A stretch of 64,000 bases of DNA from a virus, in the IMG/VR virus record IMGVR_UViG_3300037484_000235, positions 27,588-91,587 of that record; one strand, 5' to 3'. The notes under the pieces are model-generated. The model was not told the origin of the DNA. It searched no databases and was given only the letters and a program-made list of their open reading frames with translations. Both the position numbers and the translations under genes were made by a program. Position 1 is the first letter of the stretch, and every line of letters begins with the position of its first letter. Shown here piece after piece: positions 23,269 to 34,180 of this stretch.

Positions 23269-23298
23269 GTAACTGGCGAGACTCAGCCGATTACACGA
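23269..23298 (-). promoter_or_regulatory. ECF-like phage promoter (variant -10)
   Basis: TCGTGTAA-N16-AGTTAC-ACAGGTGAGG, ATG 23253. Confidence 0.7.
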
Positions 23299-23686
23299 TT
23301 CAACGGGCCTTCTTTTGGAGGCAGTCCCTCAGCCGGGCATCCGCTTCCAGGTAGGCAGCAAAGGCCGCCCCCACGTCCTTGAGGAGAGGTTGAATCTCCG
23401 GATCCTCGGGAGTCACGGAGGCAGCCAGGAAATCAGGACGTACCGCATCCGAAAGGAAAAGAGCACTGAAGTGGGGGGTATCCATGGTGTTAGGGCGGGT
23501 CATGCGCAGGGCTCTACTCGTGCAGTGAAGGACCGTCCGAGGCGTACCAGGGCGTTCTCTGCGCCTCGCAGCGTGCGGTAGACTCGTGCGGAGTACCCGC
23601 CGGGCCCGATGAGGTGTGTCCACTCCCCTGTGGTAGCGAGCACCAGTGCTGGATTCACCGTGGAGCGCAGGATGTAGATCACTTGC

Positions 23687-23803
23687 TTACCAGAACTTTG
23701 CGATGAAGTGATAGAGGACCATGGCAATAGTGCTGAAGACTGCCACAGCGACTACGATGGACAGAAGCTCCACCAGTGTGAATCCGGAGTTTCGCTTGAT
23801 CAT
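23687..23803 (-). CDS. 38-aa mini type IV prepilin-like peptide (class III signal peptide)
   Basis: MIKRNSG|FTLVELLSIVVAVAVFSTIAMVLYHFIAKFW; GAGG RBS and promoter upstream; absent from the ORF track because it is under 60 aa. Confidence 0.75.
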   Translation of the reverse strand: MIKRNSGFTLVELLSIVVAVAVFSTIAMVLYHFIAKFW

Positions 23804-23827
23804 TGGATGTGTGTTCCTCTCACCTAA

Positions 23828-23889
23828 GTAACGAGTGGGGCCTTGTGGATTACACGATTTCGGAGGATTTCGCGCAGTGGATTACACGA
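23828..23889 (-). promoter_or_regulatory. ECF-like promoter with an extra upstream -35 box
   Basis: TCGTGTAA-N16-CGTTAC (23828-23857) plus a second GTGGATTACACGATT copy containing 23882-23889. Confidence 0.75.
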
Positions 23890-24841
23890 TTCAGTGACGG
23901 CAGAGATTGGCAAGCCTCAGGATTGCGGCCTGAAGGTCAAGTCCATGCCCCTGGCCATCTGCCTCCTCGTTTCGCGCTACTACAAAACCCCCGCGTCCAG
24001 CTACGAATCCACCAGTATGGTATGCGATCATAGGGAGGGTACGAGAGGCCGACACGTCGATGTCCTCGATGGCCTTGAGCAAGGCCAGGGCATTCTTGAT
24101 TCTTTCCGCAGTGGGCTTGGTCATGGGTATCCTCAGGTCCCGGAGAGACCGGCGTCCTTCGCAATCAGGTAGGCAACTCGTAGTGCTCGGTTGGAGGCGT
24201 CCATGTGGTCGGCACGGGTGTCCTGGGTGAGGCTCTTCGCGAAGACCATCCCAGAGACGTAGTCGGGACCGTCTGAGCTGTGCCGGGCGATGACCGTGCT
24301 GCCGGTAGCTTGCTTGCAGTGGTAGAGGTCATGCTTCTCGTACGTTCCGAGGAACGTGCAGACTTCGCAGTCGTGATCGAACTTGGGGTTCCCCGTGTCA
24401 GGTAGCTTTTTCATGGCACCCCCATGACTTTCTGGAGAGCAAGAATGACGACCTCTACCAGCATCACGACCAGGATGAAGCCGAGCACCATCCCGAATCC
24501 GATCTCTATCTTGAGCATCAGCGTCTTGATTTTCATGCCGTCTCCGAGTGTCGTGCGAACCAGTCCTTGAGCCAGAGCCACCGACCCGCATTGGCATGGG
24601 TCGAGGCCGCCTGCTTGGCTTCCTTGCGGCTGTTGAACGTGCCGTTTTGGAGGACCCCATCGATCCGAAGTCTCCACTTGCGAGTGTAGCCCGTCTCGAC
24701 GCCCCACGTAGTCTCAATGAGGTAGGGGCCGCAGACTCGGGCATCACCGTCTTCGACCGAGACGACAGGGATGCGCTCCCAGACGAGCTTGGGGTACGAG
24801 CGAACGGCTGGGATGGTGGTCATGGTGGTTCTCTCACCTGT

Positions 24842-24871
24842 ATAACGGGCGAGTGGACCGGGATTACACGA
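24842..24871 (-). promoter_or_regulatory. ECF-like phage promoter
   Basis: TCGTGTAA-N16-CGTTAT-ACAGGTGAG, ATG 24823. Confidence 0.75.
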
Positions 24872-25778
24872 TTTCGGTCACTCCGTGTCTTCCGGCCAGG
24901 GATTGATCTGAATTCCACGCACCCTCACTGAAATACAACCCCGCCGTGATCCCCAGCGTTGATGAGGGATACCTCCCACTTCTCGCACCACCGAAGGAAC
25001 GCATCCCCGTGGCTATATGGGACCAAGCCAATCGAACTTGTGGCTTCTCCCATAGGCAGGGCGTTGGCGTAGCTGCGGATGACCCCAGCATGCTCTGCGA
25101 AGTCACGGGCAAGACTCACGCAGTGGTCTCCACCAATCACACCCTCGCAGTCAGACATGGCAATCAGCCAGCCGAATGCCCGTTCGAAGACACTCGGGTC
25201 CGTCCATGTGAGATGGTTGAACGCTGTGCAATCCATGCCGTGGATTGCCTGGGTAAGATGATCTCTCATCCTGGAATGACCCATGTAGGAGATGCTCGCG
25301 CCAGGCCAACGTTTCTCGGCCGTATAGAGCCCCGTCACCAAGCCCCCAGCGTTGCGGACGAAGTTGGGGTTGACGTAGACCCATACCTGGCCGTCGACTT
25401 CATTGAAGTGGTCAGTTGCCCGAGCCAACTGGAGTCCGCTGTACACCGTTGTGTCTAGTCCCATGACGTGTTCTCTTACTCGATTTCGATTTTGGTGCGC
25501 TTGGCATCGTAAGCATATGCCGCCTGTGTGATCGCCAAGTTACCTACGGAGCACGCGACTCGCAGGTCATCAGCTGCCTTGAGGGCGTCAAAGACTGCAT
25601 CCAGGTCATTGTAGACATTGAACTCCCTACGCTGGGCCTGTGCCTTCTGTTTGATGGTGCGTCCAACCGACTCCGTGGCGAAGTACTTACGGATGATGGC
25701 TCGAAACTGATTGTGTGTTGTCATGCGATGCGCTCGTTGGTGGTCCCAGGCTTGATGAGACCATGAGGACTACACGAT

Positions 25779-26228
25779 TCACCAGAGATCTTCCGAGTAG
25801 AGAATCTTTCCGATGGGGTAGCCTGGGTCTCTCAAAGGCTGCTTTGCGGCCTTGGCAAGCTTAGCCGCTACCCCACGCGTCACATACCGCCCGTGACTTG
25901 TTACGAAGCCCTGGCTCCTGCCCTGAACATTGAGAGAGTGCAGCCCCAAATGGAACAGTCGCTGCCGCATGATTGTGTCGTGTCGACCGGGGCGTCTAAT
26001 GCTCCAAATCTCCCCATCGATACGCATGGCCGCTTGAAAGACAGTCTCTACTTCCCCAGGAAGCACGGGGTGCTCAAGCATTTCCCCCACGGGTGTGCGG
26101 CTCAAGAGCAGGGTGCGACCGCATCCCGCACAGGCGCCGCAGTAGCCATGGTCTACAGCCGGGCCCGTGTTGCCCGTGCCCGAACAGTGCAGGCAGGGGA
26201 TGCCATAGGTCTTCAGGTAGGGGTTCAC
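25779..26228 (-). CDS. Conserved phage protein with DnaJ-type Zn finger
   Basis: CLHCSGTG...CGACAGCG; GRH...QGFVTSHGRYV...LYSEDLW. Confidence 0.6.
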   Translation of the reverse strand: MNPYLKTYGIPCLHCSGTGNTGPAVDHGYCGACAGCGRTLLLSRTPVGEMLEHPVLPGEVETVFQAAMRIDGEIWSIRRPGRHDTIMRQRLFHLGLHSLNVQGRSQGFVTSHGRYVTRGVAAKLAKAAKQPLRDPGYPIGKILYSEDLW

Positions 26229-26548
26229 AGCATAGCCTCTATCACCAGGGCCCTGAGATCCACCTTGGAGAAACCATTGGGGGCAACGACGTATACACCC
26301 TCAGGGGTCTCCAGCAGGTCACCCACCGAAGTCGAGCGCGGGCTCTGGAGGGTCAGCATCTTCACACCGTCCGCCTTGGACCAATCCGAATCAATGTGCT
26401 GGCTGGCCTTGAAGGCATCTCCAAGAGATGGAACCTCCAGAACGGCCACCGCATCGAAGTTCACGAGAGGCGCGACCTCACCGCACGAGACAGCCCAGCG
26501 AACGTTCCTACTCGCATCCGACCGAAGGTGAAAGACTGTGACTCGCAT
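26225..26548 (-). CDS. YodL-like domain protein
   Basis: RSTSVGDLL...YVVAPNGF resembles the YodL SxSVxD...GF motif. Confidence 0.5.
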   Translation of the reverse strand: MRVTVFHLRSDASRNVRWAVSCGEVAPLVNFDAVAVLEVPSLGDAFKASQHIDSDWSKADGVKMLTLQSPRSTSVGDLLETPEGVYVVAPNGFSKVDLRALVIEAML

Positions 26549-26565
26549 GTGTGTTCCTCACCGGT

Positions 26566-26595
26566 GTAACGCTTGGCCTACCATCGATTACACGA
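26566..26595 (-). promoter_or_regulatory. ECF-like phage promoter
   Basis: TCGTGTAA-N16-CGTTAC-ACCGGTGAGG. Confidence 0.75.
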
Positions 26596-27678
26596 TTGCG
26601 TGTACGTCACTTACACCTGATGATGGAGACTTTCACCAGACGGCCGAATGACGCACGCTGCGTACGTGCAATCGAGCGGGCGAGGTCCATCCGCTGCCTT
26701 CGCTTCTCGCGGAAGATGAGGCGCCAGGGCTTGTCGATGATGAGTTTGTTGATCTCCTCCTGGACGCGCTGCTCCCGCTCGGCATCGGTCATCAGGTCGG
26801 ACCACATCGCCACCGACGCTCGCCGGATTGCCGTGATGCGGCAATGCAGTTCCACATCACGGCTCTGCTCCGCCCTCTTGAGTTGACGCGCCCACCGACG
26901 GCGCTTCTTCGACGCAATGCTCACAGACAGGGGTCCCCGCAGTTAGCACAGCCCCCATTGATACCGCGTCGTTCGTTGTTGCAGCACGCCGCATCGGGCT
27001 TGTTCGGGTCGTTCTGAGCGTCAAGGGCTTCTTGCCCCGTCAGACGCGGGTTGTACTCGTTGTACACCTGACGGTACGTACCATCCGCCTGTAGAACGTA
27101 CCCGTCGGACTCCAGATCTGCATGCAGCAGATCACGGTCCTGCTTGCGCATCGCAAGCACATAGGGGTGGGTGTCCATATTGCGGCGAAGCCACCCCTCA
27201 TGGTGCTCCCCCGCCCCAAGTCGTCCCTCCCCACTCCCGTGCCGCCCTGCAAAGAAGCTGAGGGCCCGGCGCAGCATCTTCTCCTGGTCTGCCAGGAACG
27301 AGAGGGCGTCATCCCGGGTCTGACCCCGCACAGGACACACAGCCATGCGTGCTGCATCCACCACGGCCCACAGCTGCTCCCAGACCTCCGGGTGACAGTC
27401 TGGACGCTCTGGCCCCGCACCGGCCTTCACCTTCCCGTAGGTGGCAAGGGAGGGACCGTCGCCGTTCGTGAGATCACCAAGCCGTGCAAGGAGCGCGGCC
27501 TTCGCCGTGGCAGCTCGCTCCACCTTCTCCGCAGGGGTGAGTGCCCGGTGCCGCCAGCACTTGCCGTCGTACTTGCCAGGCAGCTTGCACCCGTCGGAGA
27601 TGGTGCCTCGCCCCACATGCTCCATGCAGTCGGGAACAGTCTTCTTCTTGGTCTTAGTCATGTATCTTCCTCACCAGT

Positions 27679-27708
27679 GTAACGGGCGGGACTCAGCCGA
27701 TTACACGA
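27679..27708 (-). promoter_or_regulatory. ECF-like phage promoter
   Basis: TCGTGTAA-N16-CGTTAC; shares ACTCAGCCGATTACACGATT exactly with the 23281-23300 copy. Confidence 0.75.
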
Positions 27709-27966
27709 TTGCCCTAGGTCGTATTCATCGACCCCTTGCTGACACACCATTGAGCAGATCGGCTGCTTCACGGAGTGATTCCGCATGGTGGTAGTTTGAG
27801 TTCTCGTCACGATCCGCTTGGTTCAGGAGGCGTTCCTGTGCAGCAAACACACCCATCTGCCACGCTTCGTGGAGAGCGCGACGGAACTCGCGCTTTGTCT
27901 TCGGTAGCGTCGCTAGTGCGTCGCCGTACTTGGGTAGCGGCTTGGTCATGGGTTTTCCTCACCAAG

Positions 27967-27996
27967 GTAACGGATGGCCTTTTGCGAAGTACACGA
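27967..27996 (-). promoter_or_regulatory. ECF-like phage promoter (variant -35)
   Basis: TCGTGTAC-N16-CGTTAC-CTTGGTGAGG. Confidence 0.7.
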
Positions 27997-28000
27997 TTCC

Positions 28001-28780
28001 TCAGGCTGTGCTCTTCTCGATGAAGAGCACGCAGGTGTTGACGAGGGTGCCGCTCTCCCGGAATGACCCAGGGTGCAAGTCGGTGATTGTGCCCCCCGCC
28101 TCACTCACCCAAGTACGGAACTCCGCATGCCGCCGATCCTGACGGAAGAGAACGCTAGAGGGCAGGACACACACGAGGATGCCACCTACCTTGAGGAGTC
28201 GGTACGCGAGCCGAGCGTGGTCAAGATGATCATTCAGGTTGATCTTGCAGAACGGGGGGTTCATCACCACACGATCGAACTCAGGCGTGAATACGCTGCC
28301 CCCAAATCCCATTTCCATGAAGTCATCGATCGGAGACACATCACATACGTCAGGGAATGTCTTGACGAGGTGGTGCCGCATCTTCTGATCGCGCTCAATG
28401 GCCCACACCTTCCCGGCGCCAGCTGCGATCAACGCACGTACGATGTTTCCAGTTCCAGCACTGGGCTCTAGACAGATGTGTCCAGATTCAACTCCTGCCA
28501 TGCCCACCAGTTCGATTGCTAGCTGAGGCGGTGTAGGGAAAAACCCGATGTCCTTGTGCGTCGTGACCTCACCCATGAGGATGGCTTGATCAATGCGTTC
28601 TGCCGCATCCCCATCAAAGACGTGGGCCTTGGCCTTGCGTTCCCACTTGCCACCTAGGGCTGTGAGCACTTCGTTCACCTTGGTGTAGAGTTTGCGGTCT
28701 AGTTGATCAACAATGACCGCTTGATTTCCTACGCACTTGACGGTCGACAGGACGATCTGGACTTCGGGAGAGATCTTCAT
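28001..28780 (-). CDS. SAM-dependent amino-methyltransferase (N6-adenine DNA MTase-like)
   Basis: FFPTP, LEPSAGTG (motif I), VMNPPF (motif IV), SFRESGT. Confidence 0.8.
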   Translation of the reverse strand: MKISPEVQIVLSTVKCVGNQAVIVDQLDRKLYTKVNEVLTALGGKWERKAKAHVFDGDAAERIDQAILMGEVTTHKDIGFFPTPPQLAIELVGMAGVESGHICLEPSAGTGNIVRALIAAGAGKVWAIERDQKMRHHLVKTFPDVCDVSPIDDFMEMGFGGSVFTPEFDRVVMNPPFCKINLNDHLDHARLAYRLLKVGGILVCVLPSSVLFRQDRRHAEFRTWVSEAGGTITDLHPGSFRESGTLVNTCVLFIEKSTA

Positions 28781-31112
28781 TTAGCTGCGTGCTCCAGGAT
28801 ACCGTATGTTGTACTTCGTCATGAACTTCGCACGGGACTCTTTGGCTTCCTTTTCGAAGGTCTCCGCTAGTTTTCGAAGAAGGAAGGCCTCATCGGTCTT
28901 GCCGTCTGCGAACGACTTCCCAGATAGCTCACGGAATCGGGGCCAGAAGTCTTCTTGCATAGAGACCTGGCCCAGTTCGAAGTTCTTAGTCCTCAGGGTT
29001 TCGAGAGGGTCCCCCTCAGACTCATCGCCTAGATCCCCGTTGAGAGCGTTGTTGTGAAAGCCAATCGGACACACGAAATTGACGCAGTGTTCGTAGCTCT
29101 GTTCCTCGCACACCAAACACTTGGAACTCTTTCCGTCTTTTGCTTTGCTCACGTTGGTACCTCTTCCAGGGGCCATGAAATTGCAGGCCAGTAGGCAACG
29201 ACTCCCTTGCCCATATTGTCAGTAGTCGGGCGGAACCCAACCACTGAGGTAAGTTCGCCGGCCTCCACGTTGCTGTGCACGCGGACTGATACACAGAGCC
29301 CACCATGCATACCACGACCAGAGTAGGGCTCAGGCTCGTATCCTGCGGTATCGAGTGCCACGATGACGGCTTCCAAATCGGAAGCGCGTCCCACATAAAA
29401 ACGCCTGGTCATCTGTAGCCTCTGTCGGATAGCTCTTTTCGTACGGACTTCACGGCCTTTAGCCGTGTCTTGTAGGTCTCTTTAGGGACTTCTCGTGTTC
29501 CGTCTTCTGTTTCCGTAAGCCACTCGTATTGACCACAGAGAGACTCTTCCAGGTATGCCTCTAGGCGTCGAAGAACGAAGCGACGTGCTTCTTGGTACTC
29601 AGTGCTCACCTGGTTACCGTTGATTCAGGCGGCGTTGTTTTCCAAGTGTCTCCAGTTGAAAGGTCGGCAATCTTGACCAGATCGGTGGATCGAGCAATGA
29701 TTCTCTCAAGTGCAGCTCGCGGGTCATTAGTGTGACCATCTCGGATGTTCATGGCGTCCATCTTGATGCTCTGGGCGCACGAGATGACCTGCATCATGGG
29801 AGTATCCTGCTTGAACACAGGTCCCTCTTCCGGCAGGTCCATCCACTTCTCCCAGTGGACTTCAAGTGCTCGTAGCAGGTGCTGACCCGCCCCGTTCCGC
29901 AGTAGAATAGCGATTCGAGAGGAGAGGGGGAGTTGCTCCATCCACCGAGTCTTGTCTTCTCTGGTGAGCATGTGCTCGACCAGTTCGATGCTGTGGTGTC
30001 CGAAGCCCTTCTTATTGGTGGTCATGACGATTTGAATCTGAGTGTGATGGGATCCGTGATCGAGTCCCACTGGTCGTCCAGCCTGTTGAGAAGGGCGCAC
30101 CGAAGGCACTTACGATCTCTCTGACGATTGGTGTCCGTGCACCGGTAGTCGTGCTGCACAATTCCCAGGATGGTCTTAGGATTCTCCAGGAAGAGCACGA
30201 GGAAGGCACTCTGGGCGGCAGCCTCCTTGGCTTCAAGCGCAAGGCGCTCCGCCTTCTCCCGAGCCTCACGATCATCGTTGCGGCGCTTGGCCTCAGCGAA
30301 GATCTCCACGTCGGTGAACTTCTTGATGTCAGCCACGGTCATTGATCTCCCTCTGGGCAGTGGACAGCTCGACCGCAGATTCCAGCGCCAACACAGCCTC
30401 ATCATGCAGGTACCTGGGCATCACGCCGAGTCCCTCTTCCACGATCAGCTCCAGGGCTTCCTGCATCTTCAGCATGCGTTCGCGCTCTTGCTTGGTCATC
30501 ATGGGGGTGTCCAGTACTTCGGTTGGCCACTCAATGGACGTCGCTGTGCAATCTGCCTTGGGGCCAATCTTGCGTGGTACTCGGAGCGTCTTCGTCCTGG
30601 GCTTCTTTTCGGTCATGACAATTCTCAGCGTCGATGGGGGTAATACATTCGAAGATACTTCTCAGAGATGCGCCATGGTTGAACGCTTCTTGGGGGTGGA
30701 TTTACGCTCTCCACCAGAAGCATCCCTTGCTCGTTGGGCTCGTACTCCGGGAATTTCCCACAAGTTCCTACGATGATCACACCGGATGAGGAATCCACTC
30801 CTGGCTCCCATCTTTGACCAACCTGGAGTTCCTCAGGATCCGTCATCGCTTGGACATCCTAACGGGTGATTTCTTCTTGACGGGCATCCCGCCGCGAATG
30901 GTGAGCACCTTGCCGTGTAGGTTGCTCAGAGCTTCAATCGGCGTGTCCCCCTGTGCCTGTGTGTTGACGATGTTCTGCCAACCCGCGCTGGACAACACGG
31001 TGTAGCCAGCGTACCAAAACAGGACACCCTTCTTGTCGATCACAGGACCGAGCTTTACCCGACGGCGAGTCATCCAGGCAAACCACTCAGCCTCAGTCTT
31101 GGGTGTCTTCAT

Positions 31113-31150
31113 GCCTTGTATCCCCTTGCCTTGTATCCCCTTGCCTTGTA
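31113..31150. repeat. 15-bp tandem repeat encoding (YKARG)n tail
   Basis: GCCTTGTATCCCCTT x2.5 at the 3' end of ORF 31109-31300. Confidence 0.85.
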
Positions 31151-31317
31151 CGCCTTTAGATCAGCTTTCAGAATGCAGATGCTGCAAGTCCCGCATTCGT
31201 CTTCGCACTCACGGAGCCCTACGACCATTTCTGCGGAATAAATCAGATTCCACAGGAGGTCTGCCTTGGTCTTGCGAGGGGTCTTCGTCTTGGTCGTCAT
31301 GGGCTTTCCTCACCTAA

Positions 31318-31347
31318 ATAACGGGTCAGCCCCCAGGGATTACACGA
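31318..31347 (-). promoter_or_regulatory. ECF-like phage promoter
   Basis: TCGTGTAA-N16-CGTTAT-TTAGGTGAGG. Confidence 0.75.
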
Positions 31348-32726
31348 TTCCGGGCCTGTGTAACGAACGGACCCATTCCACCCAAACCAGCGGATTCACC
31401 GCCCTTTCATTCGCTGGCCATGCCGCTTGCGTTGTTCACGTTCAATGCGCTTTCGTTCGTGGGTCTTGCCCTGGGGTCCTACCGATTTGCCCTTGTTGTA
31501 ACACCACTTAGGCAGAGTGGGAGGCATCGGAAGATCCTCGTGCTGCACTGGTCGCACTTCGAGCAGTATCACTGGATCGTTGCGATGCTGACGCAGCAGC
31601 TCGGCCTGAAGAGCTACTTCGGCAACCATGAGTAGGACAGTCTTGGGGCTTCTCACGGGCTAGTCCTTCGGGAAGTCGAATTTGTCGACTGTGGCTGCCT
31701 TCCAGGCTCGAAGTTCCTCAAAGTCACGAAGCTCGTACTCCGTGACCTGGCCCGGGTAGATGTCCGAGATGTATAGGCGCTGGCCGTAGCAATCCACAAC
31801 CCAATCTCCCACACGGAACTCCCGGCGAACCTTGCGAAGCTCTTCTGCGACGAGCTTTTGGAGAGCGAGGGTCAGTTGGTCTGCCACCTTGGAGGGGAGT
31901 TCGTCTGGGATGTCTAGTGTGATTTTCATGCGGGGGTCTTTCGGTCTTGAGCGTGCTGGAAGGCTGTCTCAGGGCTTGCCTGCTCCAAAAGGTTGTTCCA
32001 TGCCTCAGCAGCGACCCTTGCCCTCTTGTTCGCCTCGAACGCAAGAGAACGCAGTCGCAAGTAAGCCGCATGCGCTTCTCGCAAACGAACGAGCATCTCA
32101 GCGTCGCACTCACGCTTGTACTCAGTAGCTGCGCCCAAGGCGTCCTCAACCGTGGGACGGGCCCCACCCCGTTCATTGGCCGCAGCCGCAGCCTGGAACC
32201 CTGCCAGGACGTCTGGGTGGTCACTGGGGGGTACGTATCCGAACGAGACCCAGACCTTCCAGCCGGTGATAAACGCGGCGCGTTGGCAGGTGTTCACGAC
32301 TCGCTCCCCGGGCCCCAGCGGTGGTCACAGGCGCAGCACCGGAACTCCTGGCGTGAGCCCTGGCACCCGTTGTCCTCAGTGTCCTTGCACCCGCAAGAGG
32401 GGCACTCGGAGCCCTCAGCTTGGCGCACAGACTTTGCGAGTGATCGGAGCTGGATCTGACGCTCCAGGTCCGTGAAGGGAGCAAGCAGGATACCGAGAGT
32501 GATTTGATCGATGGTCTTGGGGGTCATGGGGCCTCCGGATGAAATGTGAGGTTGCTTGGACCAGCGTAATAGCCACTCTTGTATGCCTGCACCGCGTACC
32601 CACGCTCGTAACCAATGAGTCGGTCCGTAGGCCAGCCGTGCTCTACGGCCCAAGTTCGCGCCGCAACGAGCGTTGGCCAGTAGTAAATGCCGCGATGCGT
32701 CTTTAGCGTGTCGTCCATAGTTCTCC

Positions 32727-32834
32727 TGAGTGGCGCTACATCACACACGCGGTGAGCCATGATCCCAAGGGTCGCCCTTGCTGGCCCTGGGTAGCGCCGT
32801 TCCTAGCGGTTCGTGTGCGGTGTAGCGTCTCTCA
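32727..32834 (-). ncRNA. Candidate structured leader RNA
   Basis: Closing helix CGCTACA/TGTAGCG + CGCACACG/CGTGTGTG; inner CCG/CGG, GGGCCA/TGGCTC, CAAGGG/CCCTTG; lies between promoter and RBS. Confidence 0.5.
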
Positions 32835-32839
32835 CCTAG

Positions 32840-32869
32840 GTAACGGTTGAGCCCACCAGGATTACACGA
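32840..32869 (-). promoter_or_regulatory. ECF-like phage promoter
   Basis: TCGTGTAA-N16-CGTTAC-CTAGGTGAG. Confidence 0.75.
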
Positions 32870-33375
32870 TTACAGGCTATCGATCGTAGAACCTCGCGTT
32901 TGGGTTCTCACGAAGGAAATCACCAAGTTCTTTGATCTGCTCCTCAACCCACTCGGGTTTGCCCTCGAAAACTGCTGTGTTCCAGGGCTGCTTGACCCAA
33001 TCCGGTTCTGGCCAAAGATTGCGAAGCCACTCACAGTAGGCTGCGTAGCGGGCCTGAGTCGTCGTGTGGGAGAGGATGCGGTAAGTCACCTCTGTAGGTG
33101 TCTGCGCCAAGCCCATCGTCTTGCGATGCTTGCCATGTGCGCCGTTATCGACCCCCAGATTCATACTCATGGTGTTAGCGTCCAGTCTCGTTGTCTACGA
33201 CCGTCTCGATGGTGTCCCCACCTTCGGGAGTCTGCGCCACACGCACCGCCACACACTCTTGGCAGCACCAAATGACCAGACGCCCTTGACCGCTCTTGGT
33301 CTCTAGCTCGGGCCGACGACCCCAGCGGTGGGTCACGCAGAACTGCTTGATCGTGGTCATGATGTCCTCACCTGT

Positions 33376-33405
33376 ATAACGGTCGGGGACCAGAGGATTA
33401 CATGA
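33376..33405 (-). promoter_or_regulatory. ECF-like phage promoter
   Basis: TCATGTAA-N16-CGTTAT-ACAGGTGAGG, ATG 33360. Confidence 0.7.
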
Positions 33406-33415
33406 TTCAGGACCA

Positions 33416-33569
33416 AATCCACTCCTACAAGCTGCCCTCGACCCCAGCTCCACCCCCGGCCTAGGATGGGGGCTTCTTTGACTGGTAGGTTAGGTCGTGA
33501 TTGCAATCACACCTACTGCGGCTTTTGCATGCCGGAGCCCATTTCGAGAGCAGCTTGTAGAAGTGGATT
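33416..33569 (-). ncRNA. Candidate 154-nt structured ncRNA with 26-bp closing stem
   Basis: Arms 33416-33441 and 33544-33569; both mismatches are G-U pairs on the minus strand; internal hairpins. Confidence 0.6.
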
Positions 33570-34139
33570 CTTAGCGCTGAGGGACCTCATGACTTCCTCA
33601 GCTTTGCCAGCTCGGTTTCCATCCGGTCCCCGAATGCAGCCGCTTCCTTGAAGAGGATTCCAAGATCCCCGGGGATCTGCTCACCCACCTTCTCAAAAGG
33701 AACGGATTGCAGTTGCCGAACGGCTTCTTCAAGATTTCGTCGCATATCGCGCACGATACGTTCCCGTTCGTTTAGAGGCAGACCCTCCCATGTCGTAGAG
33801 GTGCTCATGGCCCTCAGGTGTCCTCTCGCATGCCACCACGAAGGCGGTCTGCTACGTCTTCGAGGCCCCGTCGGAGACTCGGTGGCATCTCCGTGCCCTC
33901 GATCATCTTGAGCGCCGACTCACAGATGTTCTTGAAGCGGGCCCGTGCGCTCTTGCCCGTGGACTTGGGCAGCCCGTAGGCCGTTGCCGCATGGCAGTCC
34001 GCCAGGTAGAGGGCGATGCTCTTCCAGTGAGCGGCCTCCTGCTCCGCCGTGGTGACGGCTGCGCTCAGGCGGTCGATGCGCTCGTTGCTGGTCTCAGGCT
34101 TGGTGAGATCGTGGGTCATTTGACGGTTCCCTCACCTGT

Positions 34140-34180
34140 ATAACGGGTGAGGGCCAGACGATTACACGACGATTACACGA
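34140..34180 (-). promoter_or_regulatory. ECF-like promoter with tandem-duplicated -35 box
   Basis: TCGTGTAA-N16-CGTTAT (34140-34169); ACGATTACACG duplicated directly. Confidence 0.75.

Larger units (their letters stand above)
18909..27949 (-). other. Array of small hypothetical CDSs (e.g. 18909-19100, 19097-19339, 20339-21073, 21061-21288, 21272-21619, 21632-21823, 21820-22047, 22470-22697, 23023-23253, 23500-23682, 23891-24124, 24533-24823, 24925-25464, 25476-25724, 26607-26924, 26921-27661, 27725-27949)
   Basis: Minus-strand tiling with overlaps; many start just after promoter copies. Confidence 0.6.

Noticed and set aside
28001..28780. Complete restriction-modification system
   Set aside because: No recognisable endonuclease or specificity subunit is adjacent; treated as an orphan methyltransferase.
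33442..33543. Cloverleaf-like core as a tRNA
   Set aside because: No TTCRA T-loop, no D-loop GG, no 7-nt anticodon loop and no CCA end.
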